A stretch of 63,640 bases of DNA, counting the filler, from Licmophora abbreviata (Eukaryota), in assembly GCA_900291995.1 (NCBI GenBank). It is 9 parts of 9 records of this genome, joined end to end, with 100 filler letters (N's around TTAATTAATTAA, not from the genome) between each part and the next. Parts side by side here need not be neighbours in the genome. Positions count along the whole stretch, not along the records: positions 41,424 to 53,680 come from OLMU01000767.1; positions 53,781 to 58,666 come from OLMU01000770.1; positions 58,767 to 60,128 come from OLMU01000772.1; 6 more parts are not named here. One strand, 5' to 3'. The notes below the pieces were generated by a model. It was given only the letters and a program-made list of their open reading frames with translations, searched no databases and had not been told where the DNA came from. The translations under genes were made by a program, and so were the position numbers. This document shows, piece by piece, positions 46,901 through 59,270 of this stretch (positions are counted from its first letter, which is position 1; every line of letters begins with the position of its first letter).

Positions 46901-49900
46901 CCAGACTCGTGAAGACTCGGTCAACCGCGGAGATTTGGACGTGATGATCAATGTTCCAATCTGGCTTCGCACGTACGTGGCCGACACACTTCGTTACATA
47001 GAATACGAGAGACGAGCTCTTCCTGTGTCACTTCTTTGTAACCATTTCTCCTCTGCATATGCTTCTCCGACCAATGGGTCGACCTCATCCCAGCTTCTCG
47101 CAAAGAAGAAAGCGGAACCGAAGAGGGGTCAGTCGACACCTCTTTCACGAAAGACGAAACCAAAACCTTTCGGCCCCGAGGTTGCTTTCCAGCACTTTTC
47201 TCGGAAACAGAAACCTTTCTTCTTGTCACAGCTTAAGAGTCAAGGGATCACAGATGTGAAAGGGCCAGCGCTACAAAAGGCACTTCGGAAAGTTGCTGTA
47301 AGCGCCTGGAACGCTCTAGGGGAAGGACTAAAAAAACAATGGGAACAAGAAGCGCGTGCTGAATGGCGCAAGACACAGAAGGTGAAAAAGCAAGCCAAAC
47401 GGAAATCGGAACAAAAGGCGGATCAAGCTCGGAAAAGGACAAAGGAAAAAGATTTCCATGATGACGAGCTCGCCGCTTCTACCATCTCGTTCGAAGCTGC
47501 TGATGCCGAGGGAATGATGGCTATGGAGCAGCGCATTCAACAGCTGACACAGGCTTTGAGTCGGGTGGGGCGAGTTCTGGGTCGTCACCGGGAAACAGTC
47601 GCAGGCCTTTGTATATCGCAAAGTCACCAAACGGATGCCGCCTCTTTCGCGCCCAGCATTGCCTCGCCGCTCTCGGTGCTGCCAGAGAAAGAGGTTGTAC
47701 AGTGGATATGGAACGACATGGATGGTATTGTTCAGACACTACTTCGGTGCTGCGAGACAGAACCTTGTGTCAGCCCGTCGCTAATGAACGAGATGCGAAG
47801 CACAGTGTTGTCACTCTCATCGAATTTTGTCGGAATCAGAGATTCAGCAGCTACCGATGCTTCGCGATCTGATACCGGTAGAGGCTCGGCAGATAGAGAC
47901 CAGGTCAATGACGCCCTTCTGAAGGTTCGCAATGTCTTGTTGAAGGGGATCCTCGCAATGGACGTTGAGATGAAAAACCAGCAGCTTGAACGAGAACGAC
48001 GGAAAGCACAGGCACGCCGCGATGCTTTGAAAAAGCGAAAGAACGAAGATGCTTCGACTATCTTTCTGCAAGGTGACGGCAAGGAAGTGGGCCTCAGAGC
48101 GGAAGTCGCCCATGTACTTCGAGGAATGGTCGACACTGTCGAGGCGAGAGCCGAGAGAGCCTCTGGTCTAGGGGACACCGGAGTAGCAATGACGGCATCA
48201 GCATCTGAGGAAAGCGGAACTGCTCTGGATATAGCGGGGCCACTAGTAGAAGTCCCCCTTAGTCCTTGGCTTCGGCACTACCAAAACAAATGGAAACTGG
48301 AAGCAGCGGCGGATCTCCTTCTGTTGTATGTCCACACTTCGATGTTTTTTGTGCTGAAGCCGTACCAGTCGCTTGTTTCCACTCCGATCGAAGTTTATGC
48401 GAGAGAGCTTGGCAATCGGGTCCCTAAATCGGTTGTCGAAGTCGCCCATGGAAAGCAAGATGATTGCGTCGACGCCGAGGTTGTGCTTGTCGTGGAGTCT
48501 CAGAACGAGGCGCAGAATATGGAGAAGAAGCACAAGCGAGCCAAATTCTGTCAGCCGGATGATGTTATCACGAATGTGACTGTTGCGTACAGTGGTGACT
48601 ACGTGTTGTCCCAACTTTTGCAGTGGTCCAATGGCGGGATCGGGCAGAAAAAGGGCCTCCCAGATCTTCTTGGATGTGTCGCCCTCCCTTCAATGTCAGG
48701 ATGCTGGAGAGATGAAGTAACGAAGACCGGCTCGTTCAGAAAGCGGAAGCCAGACTATTACCGTACCGAGATACGCCCTCTACTCGTTGACTGGCTTTCG
48801 GATCCACGCCAACGAGGAAGTCCACTCCCCGAGGAACTTCGACATATTTTTTCAAGCGTTCCAAGGGATAGAGTGGGGCCCGTTGTATTTGGATCGCCTG
48901 TTCTGGATTTGCTCGTATCTGCGCGTGATGACGGTATCTACAACATTCTCACGCCACTGCGGGCAGGCTCAAAATTATCCGGGGAGGACAGCGCTGGCAA
49001 GTCATCAAAATCCACTGTTGAAAGACTCCAGTCGACGGTAGATGAGGGCATGCCTGCACAAGCTGTTGCTAACTGGGTGCAGTGTGAAAATCCAGACTGC
49101 TTGAAATGGAGACGTCTCCCGTGGCATGCTGACGTCGACGTTTTGCCGGAGAAATTCTTCTGTTCCAACAACAAATGGGATCCCGCAGCGAGCTCCTGTG
49201 ATGCCCCTGAAGACACGTGGGACGAGAACGACGCTCAACTGAAAAACGAGGGAGTCTCCAAGGGGAGTGATCGCGATATGGTATCAGGTGCCTTTGTCGA
49301 TGACGACGATGCCTCTTGTCAGCCTATTGAGGACCCGTTATCGGCTCGCGTGATCAAAGAATCGGACTTGATCATTGGTGGTACGTACTGAGGGGATTTG
49401 CAGAACAACATTGGATTTCCAGAAGCTTACTCGCCTCATTTTACGTGATTTCAGCTAGGTTCGACGTCCAACGTCCAAACAAGAGAAAATTCTTCACAGG
49501 CATTGTCATTGACAAAGACTTTGCGGAGGGCACTACTACAATGGTCAAATTTCACTATGCCAAGACCTCTACCAAGTTTGACGAATGGATCGACGTAGCT
49601 TCGGATCGTATCTTTCCACTGCATTCAAAGCAACGGCACTGCAAAGACCAAGAACAGAACGTCGATGGCGTCGGCAAAACTGCCAAAAAAGCAAAAATCA
49701 ACGTCGACGCGGCCAAAGAAGACAAAGAAGGTACCAGCTGATTCGCCAAACGCAAACCACATGCTCCCTGAAGCCGAACCCAAGCAGAAGGGTACCTTAC
49801 CGAGAAAGCATGAGGGTCCGACCAGAGGACAAGGACGCGCAGCAAATGGCCGAACGGAATACCCTACCGTGTCCATAAGTGGAGAAGTCGCGCACGTGAC

Positions 49901-50912
49901 TGCGGTTCAAAGTCTCGCTAGAAAAATATCTCAATTGGCAGGAACGATTGCAGAAAGTGTAGTCAACAATCGCACCATGGCCGCACAGACAGCCCAGTCG
50001 GCATCAGCCATCGCGCTAGAGAAGAAAATTGCCACTGAAATGGTTGTTCGCCATTCGGCCAAAATTGCAGAAACAATCATTCGAGGTGGATCACTTGGGT
50101 CAGATTCAAATGTTGCCAACCGCTCGATTATGGCGGCCCTCGCAAAATCTGCTACGGAAAACTCACCAGGTGCGGAGCAGACACAGAAAAGAGTGCAGGC
50201 TGTTCCGAACGTCGCCACACAGTCCTCAACACAGGCGTTGGTAGAGCTGGAGACTACGAAAGTCGAAGACTTGTCCAACCAAAATCGCCTCGACGGCTCG
50301 GACATCCAAAAGGTCGCATATCACCCCAATGGAACAAACCTACCCAACTATTCAGCCGCAGCTGCCCATGCGCCAGTAGGGCTCGCTTTTGCGGAGCAAG
50401 CACGCGCCGCAAGCGTCGTTGGTATTGACGTCAATGCGCCTGAGAGTGTGCATTACGCAAGAGCACCCTCGTCCGCAGGATATGACCGCATTCCGAAAAA
50501 GCACATCGCTCCTTTTTCCTTGAAGACTCAACATATCCCGACGAAGCCAGCTCCTAAGAGTGCGCCAGGTGCTTCTTCTACAGCTACTCCAGTTTCGGTG
50601 GGTACTGTCCCTTCAGTGGTGAAGGGTCGCATTCCGAAAAAGAGCAAGGTCCAGCAACCTGCGTCTCTAATTCATCACCAGGCACGGTTGCCATCCATGG
50701 GGGGGCACCTTCCCAGTCAGCTGCAAATGTATGGGACTGGTCAATATCGCCAGTATGGAACTGCAAACAGCGTTTCTGGGGCGGGATTCCATTCTGGCCT
50801 GCATTATCACATCGGCGGACAGTCGACACAACGCCAAGAAAAGCAACAACAGCAGGGATCCCCCAGCCGGCCGGATGACAACACACGGAACAATCACGAT
50901 AAACAGAGATAA
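43933..50912 (+). CDS. ATXR3/SDG2-like SET-domain histone methyltransferase with bromodomain-like, HMG-like, CW zinc finger and Tudor/chromo-barrel-like regions
   Basis: VWGIDCYT, GEVYPSWRW.EK, PDFYN..LERP..D..GY, HSC.P.CE, EELTFDYNAVTES..EY...VCLCG...CRGSFL, WVQCE...C.KWR, VKFHY...KFDEWI. Multi-exon; frameshift at 44671-44675; the 3' end beyond 49741 is uncertain. Confidence 0.85.
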
Positions 50913-50968
50913 CGAAATCTATCGCATACTGCTAGCACGTAGAATGTGTCTAATATACAAGAGACGCT

Positions 50969-52375
50969 TTACGCGTTCGATATGGTTTCAGCCTGAGCGC
51001 TCCTTCTCGACTTTGAGAGTATCCTGGCCGGAAGACTGAACACCCGTCTGCTTAGCCGCACTGGCCAAATGATCCCAAGCCGAAGAAGCGACCCGGCAAT
51101 GGTTCGACAGATGTCAATGGCCAAAATAGATACTGTCTGTAGCAGCGACCGCATCATCCCAACACTGCGGGATCTCATTCTCAAGCCATAGAGCACGGCC
51201 TGTGCACGCGACAACTTTCGTTCCTCCGTCAGGATCCTCATGGCCGACTTTCGTCGATTGCTGCACAACGAAGAAAAAAGCCTAGTGTGAGTCGAACCAG
51301 ACACCCGAGAGGCAACAGAGTCCATCCGTATCGATGTGGCACATACCTCTTCTCGGAAAAGAACATCTTTGCAATGGGCAAAAGAAGCTTCACTAGAAGG
51401 GGACGTTTCTTTGTAGATTCGGATAGCGACAAGGTAATGGGGCTGCGAGCTACGGACGCTTCTGTCGCGTTGACTTTTCCATTTGCGTACACACCAATAG
51501 TTTGAAGGTGCAGCTCAAAAAATCCAGGTCGAAAATTAGGCAGCTCTGTTGTGTTCGCAGACATGACAAACTTGCTCATCGTCAATCCAATCTGATACAA
51601 ACCTGATGTCACATTCAACGAAGGACCGCCTTGTACCACACGTGGACCCCGCACCAATTTAAAGTCGGAAAAGGGAACTTGTACTCTCGCCCACTCATCG
51701 TCAGTACTATTAGCAGTAGTAGTCGGCAGCTCATACTGTGCCTGATAGACTTGTTCGCCTCGACTGGTATCGGTGCGCGTCGAAATCTTCCAAACGCGGC
51801 GCTGTGGTTCGTCGTCACTTGCCAATCGGCAATCCAGATAAAAGCCGCCGGCGTCGTCGCCTACCTCCAAGGGGGTTTCAAATGGAAGCGTTCGCATACC
51901 GCAAAAGCCACTGCGTTGTTTTGAAAGATAGGGAGGACGACAATGCAAAGAAATGAGATGCGGCGCTCTGTCTCTCACTCCTACTTCTATCGACATCACG
52001 ACATGCATCATAATCTTCTACTTACCCTCCATCGAGTCGACATACGCCAGTCCAGCTGGCATAGGACTGCCCCGGGACGTCCCTCAGGGTACTTGTGCTG
52101 ATCCCACCCATGATGGCATCATCGATACGGTCAAACTTTTCCACAGTATCCAACGAAGAAAAGTCAAAAATGGGTAGAAACGACGACGCCGCTCCCGTAG
52201 TAGCATTCGAAGTGATGGCGGAAGGCGGCGGCGAGGAAGACGCAGCGCGAAGAGCAACAAGACGCAGTGATGATGGTCGGCTGATGACGCTTTTGGGCGC
52301 GAATGCCGATGCCGTCGATACGGACATGGAGATACATGCTAGTAAGCGGATCATGGCTACTGGTAGAACCATCAT
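50969..52375 (-). CDS. CIA30 (complex I intermediate-associated protein 30) domain protein, plastid-targeted
   Basis: Exons 52375-52026, 51910-51347, 51260-50969; ASAFAP leader, DDAIMGGIS.S, GGGFCG.R, W..V.VPFSDF. Confidence 0.85.
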
Positions 52376-52726
52376 GGTCAGAAGGAGTTCGATCGATCGC
52401 ACAGAGGTCTCATTGTGAATTGTGATGAGTCGAGTCAAGTCAAGTCAAGAAGTCAAGTCAAAAAATAACTTTGGAGTGAGTCAGTCGAGTGAGTCATCTG
52501 TCGATTGCAATGGGTTGCGATCTATGATATGACCAATAAACAAAAAACAATATCAAATAAGTCGCACCGGTACTCCGGAGCCAATCAGAATCGCTGGAGC
52601 TCACTTTATTCAGCCGAGTTTATCCTTCACCAAAAGGGCAACAATATCATAGACTTGCAATAAACTCCGTCATTAAGTAACAAGAGTGTCATGACATTAT
52701 CACACCAGAGATAGACCTTGATCGAC

Positions 52727-53549
52727 ATGAGCGAGCTCGACAAAGACTTGCGCGCCACATTCATCAACATGGTACGGGTGACGAAGTGTGCGGTGGGAGC
52801 CTTGATGTTTGTCGCCTCGCACGTATCGTATGAAGCTTTCTACCCTTCTCTCAGGCTTCAGTCGCCTTATCATCACACTTTAGCGTCGACTGGATCCCAA
52901 CGAGCGACGAGGAACCAGCCATGCCGACAGAGGACCGAGAGCGCGACCGTACGTCGCGATGTGGTGTCGTTCATCCGAATCTCTCTGTCTGGCACCACTT
53001 ATTTGTCTATGACAGAGGCTGAATGGAGGGGGTGAAACAGAGAAAAGGCAACAGCGACATGGCGTGTCCTCGTCACGTCGATTCCTTGTGTGTCAATGAT
53101 CTCTGTGTCGTCAGTCAGTGACGAAGAAGTTTGATTTTGATCCGGCGTTGACTCATTGTGTCGGTATGTGGATAGACGGGACACGAGTGTCCGATCGGAC
53201 CGACCCTTGATCGCCTTTTGTGTTTTTTCTTGGACGCAATCCAGACTGCGGAGGTGCAGCACTTGGCATGGCCAATGCGGCGATTGAGTGTCTGACCAAG
53301 TACACATGGCGGCAGAACTAGGGCCCGTCTAAGAGTCAACTGTCTATCCCCTGGACTATCGCGGATGAATGCATTCGACACCATGCCGAGCGAGGCGCGC
53401 GAAGCCATGTTTGACGATACGCGTCTAGCGTTGCTGCGAATCGAGCAGAAGAGCCGGAAGATCACAGTCACGCGATTTGCTTTTTGTTAACATATGGGTG
53501 GACCACTGGAGTGGTACTCGATGTGGAAGGCGGGGCGTGTACAAAGTAG
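52727..53549 (+). pseudogene. Degraded short-chain dehydrogenase/reductase (SDR)
   Basis: Fragments in shifting frames: KATA..RVLVTS; GAALGMANAAIECLTK; MAAELGP; RLRVNCLSPGL...EAREAMF; ICFLLTYGWTTGVVLDVEGG. Preceded by two GT-AG-bounded exon-like segments (52727-52771, 52855-52948). Confidence 0.7.
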
Positions 53550-53680
53550 CTTTTGATAAGATCAAATTCAATTAGATAAGACGAAAGGCATTACTTTTGC
53601 TTGTATTTTTTCGATGCAAATGCCGTGAAGAGACCAATCAAACCAATTGCATACATATGAAGGACTAGCAGGACAAGGCG

Positions 53681-53780
53681 NNNNNNNNNNNNNNNNNNNN
53701 NNNNNNNNNNNNNNNNNNNNNNNNTTAATTAATTAANNNNNNNNNNNNNNNNNNNNNNNNNNNNNNNNNNNNNNNNNNNN
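53681..53780. other. Assembly gap spacer
   Basis: N44-TTAATTAATTAA-N44. Confidence 0.97.
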
Positions 53781-54287
53781 CTCGGAAATTCTCACCATGT
53801 CTCCATTCGCCTCCAGCAAAGCCTCCAATACAGGAATCGATACACCATGCCGACAGGCGACACTCAAGGGCGATCCAACCCACCTGCTCTGCACTGCCGC
53901 TGCCGGAGCACCTCCTCTCTTGAGCAGCAACAGCGCCGTGTCTTCGTCGGCCCCGTACAATATACACGCATGTAAAGCGGTCCAGCCTTGATTGTCGACA
54001 AGCAAGAGGGCCTGCGGAAAGGCCTCCAGCACACGCTGGACGACTTGGCAGGGAGCGCGATACAAACAAGCCAAGTGCAACGGGGTCGATTGATTCTCTG
54101 TTCGATACTGTGCGTCGACTGGATACAGATACAAGCGATGGCAGGCACCGTCCCAATCGCGATTCCGAATTCGTTGCGCGAGTTCGTCCGATGGAGGCGA
54201 CGACGAAGGTGGAAAGCAGCAGTGACGAATGAGCGAACTCATCATCGATGCTTCACCACCACTCCTATCAACAAGCATCCTATGCAC
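53781..54287 (-). CDS. Ankyrin-repeat protein (5' part, truncated by gap)
   Basis: STPLHLAC, GWTALHAC, GSPLSVAC repeats. Confidence 0.82.
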
Positions 54288-54634
54288 GCACTCTCTCTCG
54301 CAAAGCAGAAATTCCCATGAACATCGGCATCGGAATGTTCTGTGATGCCGATGCCGAGAAAAAAGTTGAAGCTCATCTTGCGTTCGAATGTCTTTGGTAC
54401 TGGTGCTACGGATATTCTACATACAGTGTCACTCGTATATTTCTACAGAAACATCATCCGAGGGATGGATTCAAAAACAACAGAATCAGGCACGTGGAAT
54501 CTTCAAAATTGAAAATTTCCGAATCCTCTTTTGAAAGCTTCCCCGCCACTCATCAACAAGTTTCGATGTGCATCAGAATTGCAAACTGGAGATGGTACGA
54601 CACGACGACCTTTCTTTTCAGTAGGTAAAGCATC

Positions 54635-55502
54635 ATGGGAAAGAAGAGAGAATGGAAGGACATGGATCATAGGTCTGAAAGTGAACCGGGAACAGTAGAT
54701 GACACAGCGAAAGAAAGCCAACACTCTGCGAGTGCGCCGAGCGACGAACCGGACGACACAAGAGCTATCACATCACTCTTGCAGAGTAGCCATGATGATG
54801 AGGAGGACGAGCACGCTCAAGACAAAAACGCGATACGACAAAAAGAAGGCTCCCCACAGACTGTCCTTGACCAAAACGGAAGATTTCAACGCCAAGCTCC
54901 AAAAGCGAGGCGTCTTGTACATTGCTCGCGTCCCACCACGCATGAATCCGACCAAAGTCAAGTCGCTTCTATCCGACTTTGGAAGCGTCACTCGTGTGTA
55001 TCTAGTGGAAGAAGATACCGCGAGACGTAAGCGACGAAAAAAGATGGGCGGTGGCGGTGGGAAGCGGTATACGGAAGGGTGGGTCGAGTTTGAAAACAAA
55101 AAGGTTGCCAAGCACGTGGCACAGAATCTCAACAATACTCCCATTTCCATGCAAAAACGGAATGTGCACTTTGGAGACTTGTGGAATATCAAGTATCTGC
55201 CAAAATTCAAGTGGGCCCACTTGACGGAAAAGGTGGCATACGAACGACGCGTGCGGGAACAGAAGCTCAGAATGGACATGATGCAAGCCCGGCGAGAGAA
55301 TGCATCCTACACGCAATTAGTAGAAACGGGAAAGAAACTCGACAAGATCGAAGAAAGAAAACGAAAGAGAATGGAAAAGATGGGGGTGACGTTCGAGGCC
55401 GGCGACGAGCAGAAAAGGCGGCGAAGGCCTCGACAGACCAAGCCTGTGGAGGAAGGAGCGGATGGGGCGGCCAAACGTGCGGTACTTGGCTCGCTTGTGT
55501 AA
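54635..55502 (+). CDS. ESF2: Pre-rRNA-processing protein ESF2/ABT1 (apparent frameshift near 54824-54844)
   Basis: [41 protein letters not shown]; the acidic N-terminus is in a different frame. Confidence 0.88.
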
Positions 55503-55553
55503 GAACGATAGTACTCGACAGTTTTAGGTTGCATACTCATCATGATGGAAATG

Positions 55554-56396
55554 CTAAGATACCTTAAGTTCGTTCGATGCATCGAGCCATGAGATTCTCT
55601 GTAGTGTCAAAAATTCGTTTCGAGCTCGCCGTCGCACCCACGGTCTCATGTCAAGACCCAGCGCACGGAATCGTCCCGCAAGTTCCTCCGGCAGATTATC
55701 GTCCACCGTGACCAGATAAGCAGTCCCACTTGGGTGTCGCAACAGTCTCGCAATTGGTATTACCACGCGATCCACAACAACTCTTCCATTGTGCCCTCCC
55801 GCCCAGCTCGCCTCAATACCACGCGATCCAACTTCATCATCCGGCGTTGGTACATACGGCGGATTGAATACGATGATATCCACGACACCTTCCAATCGAG
55901 GTAGTAACGCGGAGGCCAGATCACATTGCACGGCTTCCAGGGTATCCACGCCATTGGCTGCCGCCGTATCTCGCGCTACTTGCAGCGCCCTCGGATTGAT
56001 ATCCGTCACAACGTTCCACAGGACACTTGACGATGCTGGATGAGACGAGGTTGCTGCTTCTCTTCGATACAGCTTCATGAGTTCCTTGGCTAGAAATACA
56101 GTCGGCACCCCTGTCCCACACCCTATTTCCAGTGTACAGTGAATCTTTTGTTCTTCCGTATTGCTCCTTTCCATCATCATCATAATTATCGCCAGAAGGC
56201 CGTCAAGTAGCAAAAAGGTATCGTCGGAGGGTTCGTAGACGTGCTGGTAGTCGGCCAAACGCAAGTGATCCAACGACGGCATGACGGCCGTTTCACATGA
56301 TCTGGCACGTTCCTCAGCGGTTCGATTGAGAGCTTTCCACGATGCACTGGTCGAGTCATCTGCTGAAACGGGAGGCAGCGGATGAAACTCTGCCAT
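55554..56396 (-). CDS. N6AMT1: HemK2/N6AMT1 (Mtq2) methyltransferase
   Basis: VYEPSDDTFLLLD, LEIGCGTG, TDINP.A, FNPPYVPT, SWAGG..GR. Confidence 0.92.
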   Translation of the reverse strand: MAEFHPLPPVSADDSTSASWKALNRTAEERARSCETAVMPSLDHLRLADYQHVYEPSDDTFLLLDGLLAIIMMMMERSNTEEQKIHCTLEIGCGTGVPTVFLAKELMKLYRREAATSSHPASSSVLWNVVTDINPRALQVARDTAAANGVDTLEAVQCDLASALLPRLEGVVDIIVFNPPYVPTPDDEVGSRGIEASWAGGHNGRVVVDRVVIPIARLLRHPSGTAYLVTVDDNLPEELAGRFRALGLDMRPWVRRRARNEFLTLQRISWLDASNELKVS

Positions 56397-56603
56397 GATG
56401 CGTCGTCGTCGCCGTGATGCAATGCCATTGTCAATCTTTTTCTGCGATTCGTGTATGTGTGACTCCTTCGACTAGAAAACCCGCAGTTTGGAACAAAGCA
56501 CAAAAAATCAAAAATCGAATGGCGCGCAACACATCAGTCCGTCTCGGATGGAGGTGCACTTGCAATAGACGACACCAAAGATCCTCCACACCCTCTGTGT
56601 TGC

Positions 56604-58300
56604 ATGCCCTTTTCTCATAGAGACTGGGTCTTGATTGCCTTTGTTACAGTCGCAGTCGTAGTTCAGTACCTCGCAAGTTCATCACCGCGTTCGCCAGTGA
56701 CTGCTGAAATTCCTCAAACTTATTCTAAGCCTAACAACATCATCATGGCATCGTCATCAGGTTCGTACAAGAAACTCAGAAACTCATCGTTCGACCGATC
56801 CAGATCCTCACTCGTTACGTTTCTCTAAAAACAGAATCAGGAACAGGCGCTCGGGGAGGCCTCTTTGGAGCGGGTGGTCGCTTCAAGGGCGGAACAGACC
56901 CCATCATGGAAAAGTTCAACGAAAGTATCCATTTTGACAAGAGGTACGTGCGCATGCAGGAGTGATGCCGATTCCTCCACCACGCCCAACTCATAACGTT
57001 TCTCTGCTCTTCTAGAATGTGGGACCAGGACATTCGTGGATCGATTGCGTACGCCAAGGGCATTGTCAAGGCTGGTATTATCACACAAGACGAGGGCGCG
57101 GCGCTGGTGGAGGGCCTTGGTAAGGTGCGGGACGAATGGGCGGCAGGGACCTTTGAAATCAAGCCAGGCGACGAAGACATCCATACAGCAAACGAACGTC
57201 GATTGACGGAAATCGTTGGACCCGTCGGCGGCAAGCTGCATACGGGCCGTTCTCGCAACGACCAAGTCGCCACGGACACCCGACTCTGGACGGTCGAAGC
57301 GGAACGCGATATCCTCCACGACTTGGCCACGCTCATCATGGCCGGTTCCGAATATGCCAAGGAACACGTAGACATCCTCATGGCGGGTTATACGCACTTG
57401 CAGCCGGCCCAGCCGATTCGCTTCTCTCACTGGCTCCTCAGTCACCTCACGCCCATCATGCGCGACGCACAGCGCCTGGTTGACATCATCCCCCGCGCCA
57501 ATCAGTGTCCGCTCGGGTCTGGGGCCCTGGCGGGGAACGCCTTTGGCGTCGATCGAGAATTCTTGGCCAAGGAATTGGGCTTTGAGGGAGTGACGCCCAA
57601 CTCGTTGGACTCTGTCTGCGATCGCGATTTCGTCGTGGAGTTCCTCATGTGGAGTACCTTGCTCTTGACGCACATTAGTCAGTTTGCCGAGGACGTTATT
57701 ATCAATAACCTCCTTCGTGGAATTGACGTGGACGATGCTTATGCGACAGGATCCTCGCTTATGCCGCAAAAGAAGAACCCCGATGCGCTCGAGCTACTTC
57801 GTGGCAAGGCTGGTGTGGCGCTAGGCCGGGCCGTGGGCTTCACGGCCACCCTCAAGGGATTGCCCCGTGCCTACAACAAGGACTTGCAGGAAGACAAGGT
57901 TCCTCTCTTCCAATCGGTGGATACCGTGAAGGATTGCCTCGCGATTGCGACGGGTGTGATTGTCACAATGAAGCCTAATCCGGAGATGCTGATGAAGGCA
58001 CTGTGCCCGGAAATGCTTGCTACCGATCTGGCGGATTACCTTGTTCGAAAGGGTGTGCCCTTCCGTGAGACTCATCACATTAGTGGAGCATGCGTACGTC
58101 TGGCAGAAGAGCAAAAGATTAGCCTTGATGCGTTGACTCTGGAGCAGCTACAGGCAATCGATTCGAGATTCGAGGAGGATGTCATGGAGGTGTGGGACTA
58201 CGAAGTTAGCGTAGAACGAAAGAGTTCGCTTGGTGGCACTTCCAGGAAGACTGTCATGAAGCAGATTGATGATCTCATGGCATTCGCGAACGAGCTGTAA
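56604..58300 (+). CDS. ASL: Argininosuccinate lyase
   Basis: Exons 56604 (or 56745)-56760, 56835-56943, 57017-58300; GGRF, EDIHTANERRL, LHTGRSRNDQV, GYTHLQ.AQP, GSSLMPQKKNPD, YNKDLQED. Confidence 0.95.
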
Positions 58301-58348
58301 AAGTAAAGCAAGTTTTCAATTTGTCAATTTCTAGTAGAGATTGTCAAT

Positions 58349-58666
58349 CTACTCATCTTCAAGCAGATCGACGACAGCGTTCGACGCATTGGAAACTGGT
58401 ATTGTGTCGTCTGTATCGCCCGCGAAGTTTTGAGAACTCCCTCCGCTGGATTCTCCAGTAGCAGTCAACAGGTTCACTGTCGGCTCTGGAGCGACGTTCT
58501 TATTCGCCAGTACACGAGCCGCCTCGGCTTGGGCTGCCATTTCCTGTTTTCGTGCCTCGATGGCAACGCCGAACACGTCCATGGCTCGTGGGATCTCTGC
58601 AAACATTAGCTCTACAGGTGGTCGGGAAGTGATAAGCGCCTTCATCGCAGTTTTCAGACTGGCCAT
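58349..58666 (-). CDS. C-terminal fragment of an unidentified protein (truncated by gap)
   Basis: Open frame from the gap edge to a stop, ending VVDLLEDE. Confidence 0.55.
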   Translation of the reverse strand: MASLKTAMKALITSRPPVELMFAEIPRAMDVFGVAIEARKQEMAAQAEAARVLANKNVAPEPTVNLLTATGESSGGSSQNFAGDTDDTIPVSNASNAVVDLLEDE

Positions 58667-58766
58667 NNNNNNNNNNNNNNNNNNNNNNNNNNNNNNNNNN
58701 NNNNNNNNNNTTAATTAATTAANNNNNNNNNNNNNNNNNNNNNNNNNNNNNNNNNNNNNNNNNNNN
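58667..58766. other. Assembly gap spacer
   Basis: N44-TTAATTAATTAA-N44. Confidence 0.97.
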
Positions 58767-59213
58767 GATCTTGAAACTAAGGCTCGCTGGGCTTGTTCCT
58801 TGAGCCGCAAGGAGCTCGTGAAGTTCAACGACGGAACCATTGAAGATGAATTCCTTGACGACTACTGTTTCAAGTCTCTCTTTGTATTCCAAGTACTTCA
58901 CACGGGCTACGGATTTCAGATGACGGACAACATTACAGCTGCCGAGGTTATCAGTGGCCACAAGGTTGACTGGGCCGTTGGCGCCATGCTGTACGAAATC
59001 AATACGTTTCCCTGGAATTACGCTCCCAAAACGCCCATGTTGGGTGATGCGAGATACGAAAAAGGATTGGCGGGACTGCTCCCGGCATGCCTCGGCGTGG
59101 CCATTGTCGGCGCGGTGACAGCGCTTCTACTGACTCTCCGTCGTAAGAGACGGCACAGTGTCCGCTGTGATTACCAAGAAATCAAAAATGCGCCAGTGTC
59201 AAATGGTCATTGA
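58767..59213 (+). CDS. GDA1/CD39 apyrase (NTPDase), C-terminal fragment
   Basis: DYCF......LH.GYGF, ACR5-like VDWAVGAMLYE, C-terminal TM helix with a basic tail. Confidence 0.8.
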   Translation, partial: DLETKARWACSLSRKELVKFNDGTIEDEFLDDYCFKSLFVFQVLHTGYGFQMTDNITAAEVISGHKVDWAVGAMLYEINTFPWNYAPKTPMLGDARYEKGLAGLLPACLGVAIVGAVTALLLTLRRKRRHSVRCDYQEIKNAPVSNGH

Positions 59214-59270
59214 CTAATCTAGTGCACTCAACGGAGTAGCGATCACGATAATATGCTATAATTGGAAAAG

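Noticed and set aside
52433..52460. Short AGTCA pentamer run upstream of the CIA30 gene
   Set aside because: Too short and imperfect to separate from an ordinary microsatellite
56837..57769. Long antisense ORFs here and over GMC, kinesin, CNX1 and the SET gene
   Set aside because: Shadow frames of well-supported genes on the opposite strand
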